Shown here in pieces: positions 62,504-64,000 of a stretch of 64,000 bases of DNA. The notes under the pieces are model-generated. The model did no database searches, had not been told where the DNA came from, and worked only from the letters and a program-made list of their open reading frames with translations. Each line of letters begins with the position of its first letter. Positions within the stretch are counted from its first letter, which is position 1. The position numbers and the translations under genes were made by a program. Origin of the DNA: Amphiscolops sp. MND2022 (lineage: Eukaryota); assembly GCA_964187785.1 (NCBI GenBank), contig OZ076418.1:3906001-3970000 (forward strand), given 5' to 3'.

Positions 62504-64000
62504 TGTCGGAACGTGGACAGGTCTTATCAGACGCTGCATTTCGATCGTTCCCTTCTCCATGATTGGAGGATAACTTTTCCGTTAAAGCTAAGACTAAACC
62601 AGTAAGTTCGGTAATTTGCCTATTCATACTAGAGAAGCGTTGGTCAATGGACATTTGATCCGAACTTCGATCAGTTTGGATGAGATTGCCATCATCTAGT
62701 TCGTTAATTTGATCTCTCGAGAGGAGGTCGGGAATGCTACATTCGCTTTCTGTATCACTAATGTGATCATCTCTGCTAGCTTTGCTCATGAATACAGGGA
62801 TGGAACTTCTAGCTTGAGAACGAGTATTTACCATTTTTGAGAAGATAGTTGGAGTTTTAAGATTTTATTGTTTCTGAAGAAAGGTTGATAGTAAGAAGAT
62901 GAAATGGAATTTTTTGAGTGAAATTCTGGAATGTGGTTAGCAACTAGTCGCAATGTACAAAATGCTCTAATGGTAGCACCAATTCACTTCGTGTTAATTA
63001 TGGCGATGCTGGTCACGTGACCACATCGGCCAATCATATTGTGACGTTCATTCGCACCTTGGTAGGTAATTGCGCAATTTGCGTCTAAATTTGTTGAAAT
63101 ATGGAAATGGTGTGTAATTATGTTACTATGGTTACATGACTCAATTTTGGTATGATCGTTACTATGATGATGGTAATATATGCACATCACAGTACTGTAG
63201 TAATATACTCACTATATATATGCACTATGATGTTAATGATACTACATATGTAGTTAATTGGTTAAGTGACGATACTGATTATACTTTAGAATACTAAAAT
63301 GGATGAAGTAAACTTGATGATGGTATATCAACTGCATTGTTGGCTAAATGTTATAAAATCGGTGAAGTGAAATCAGATGAGTAAACTTGATGATGATGTA
63401 TTGACTGCGTCGTTGGTTAAATGTTATGAATTTGGTAAAATGAAATCAGATGAAGGTACACTAACAACATCATTGATTAAATGTTCATGAAAATGACTTT
63501 ACAGATATATGTGGAAAAAGTCTGGTTATTGTTAATAAATGGTTGAGGTTTGTTCAGGACAAAATATTGTAGATGCGTGCATTTGTTTAAGTTTATTCGG
63601 CCAGATGTAGTTCCCTCAACTACATCTTTTCTCAGTTTACTAGTATGATTTCGTCTCATAGTATTTCTTTCCTGGATGTAGTGTACTCAGGTTCATTCGA
63701 AGTATTCATGCGTCAGGCATGACACTCCGGGTCTTTTTTGAAAAGAGCATGTGGTCGGGATGGATTGTATTTACATCAGAGTGAGGGGAGCTGAGCTCTT
63801 GTGTGTGAATCAGCAGAGTTGATTTCGGTGTTGGTTATTCAATTAGAAGAGGTAGTGATGTTGTCATGGTAACCACATCGTCGGTATTGTATTCTCGTCG
63901 TGGTCGGAAGTAAACGGTTGGTTTAATACTTCTTCTCGGCAATGGGGGGAAGTGCTAGCAGCGCGTCGAGTATTCCTCTTCGGTAGAGAGTAAATATATA
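62504..64000 (-). repeat. Another family-B LTR (solo LTR or 3' LTR of a copy beyond the window)
   Basis: Starts at TGTCGGAACG with an unrelated flank and matches 45780-47290 up to the window end. Confidence 0.92.

Noticed and set aside
1-64000. CRISPR arrays, rRNA or tRNA genes, or prokaryotic operons
   Set aside because: None seen; the repeats are LTRs, TIRs or tandem duplications without unique spacers.

Overview
Repeat-rich eukaryotic (animal-like) genomic DNA, almost entirely nested transposable elements, with two assembly gaps. Contents: (A) a decayed minus-strand Ty3/Gypsy retrotransposon (~1-10.2 kb) with an extra downstream ORF resembling two tandem TARG1-type macrodomains; a Gypsy integrase/PPT fragment (15.2-17.2 kb); a BEL/Pao remnant (~19.2-21.3 kb); a complete-length but broken Tc1 (DD34E-type) transposon (23671-24845); (D) a very decayed plus-strand Gypsy (27.3-32.1 kb); (E) a probable LTR of another family (from 32974); (C) a decayed minus-strand Gypsy pol (40.4-43.1 kb); and (B) a young but frameshifted ~15.5-kb Gypsy element (45780-61328) with further LTR copies at 43484 and 62504. 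Main result: element B carries, antisense to gag-pol and between integrase and the 3' LTR, a multi-exon gene whose intron phases match across five consecutive introns. It encodes a BED-finger, hAT-transposase-like protein that seems to lack the DDE residues, and element C carries a decayed homolog in the same position. Second result: in family B the LTR 3' end (CA followed by a TGG PBS-like site) lies about 110 codons inside the gag ORF, with weaker signs of the same layout in D and E. All domain assignments come from by-eye motif comparison, not database searches.
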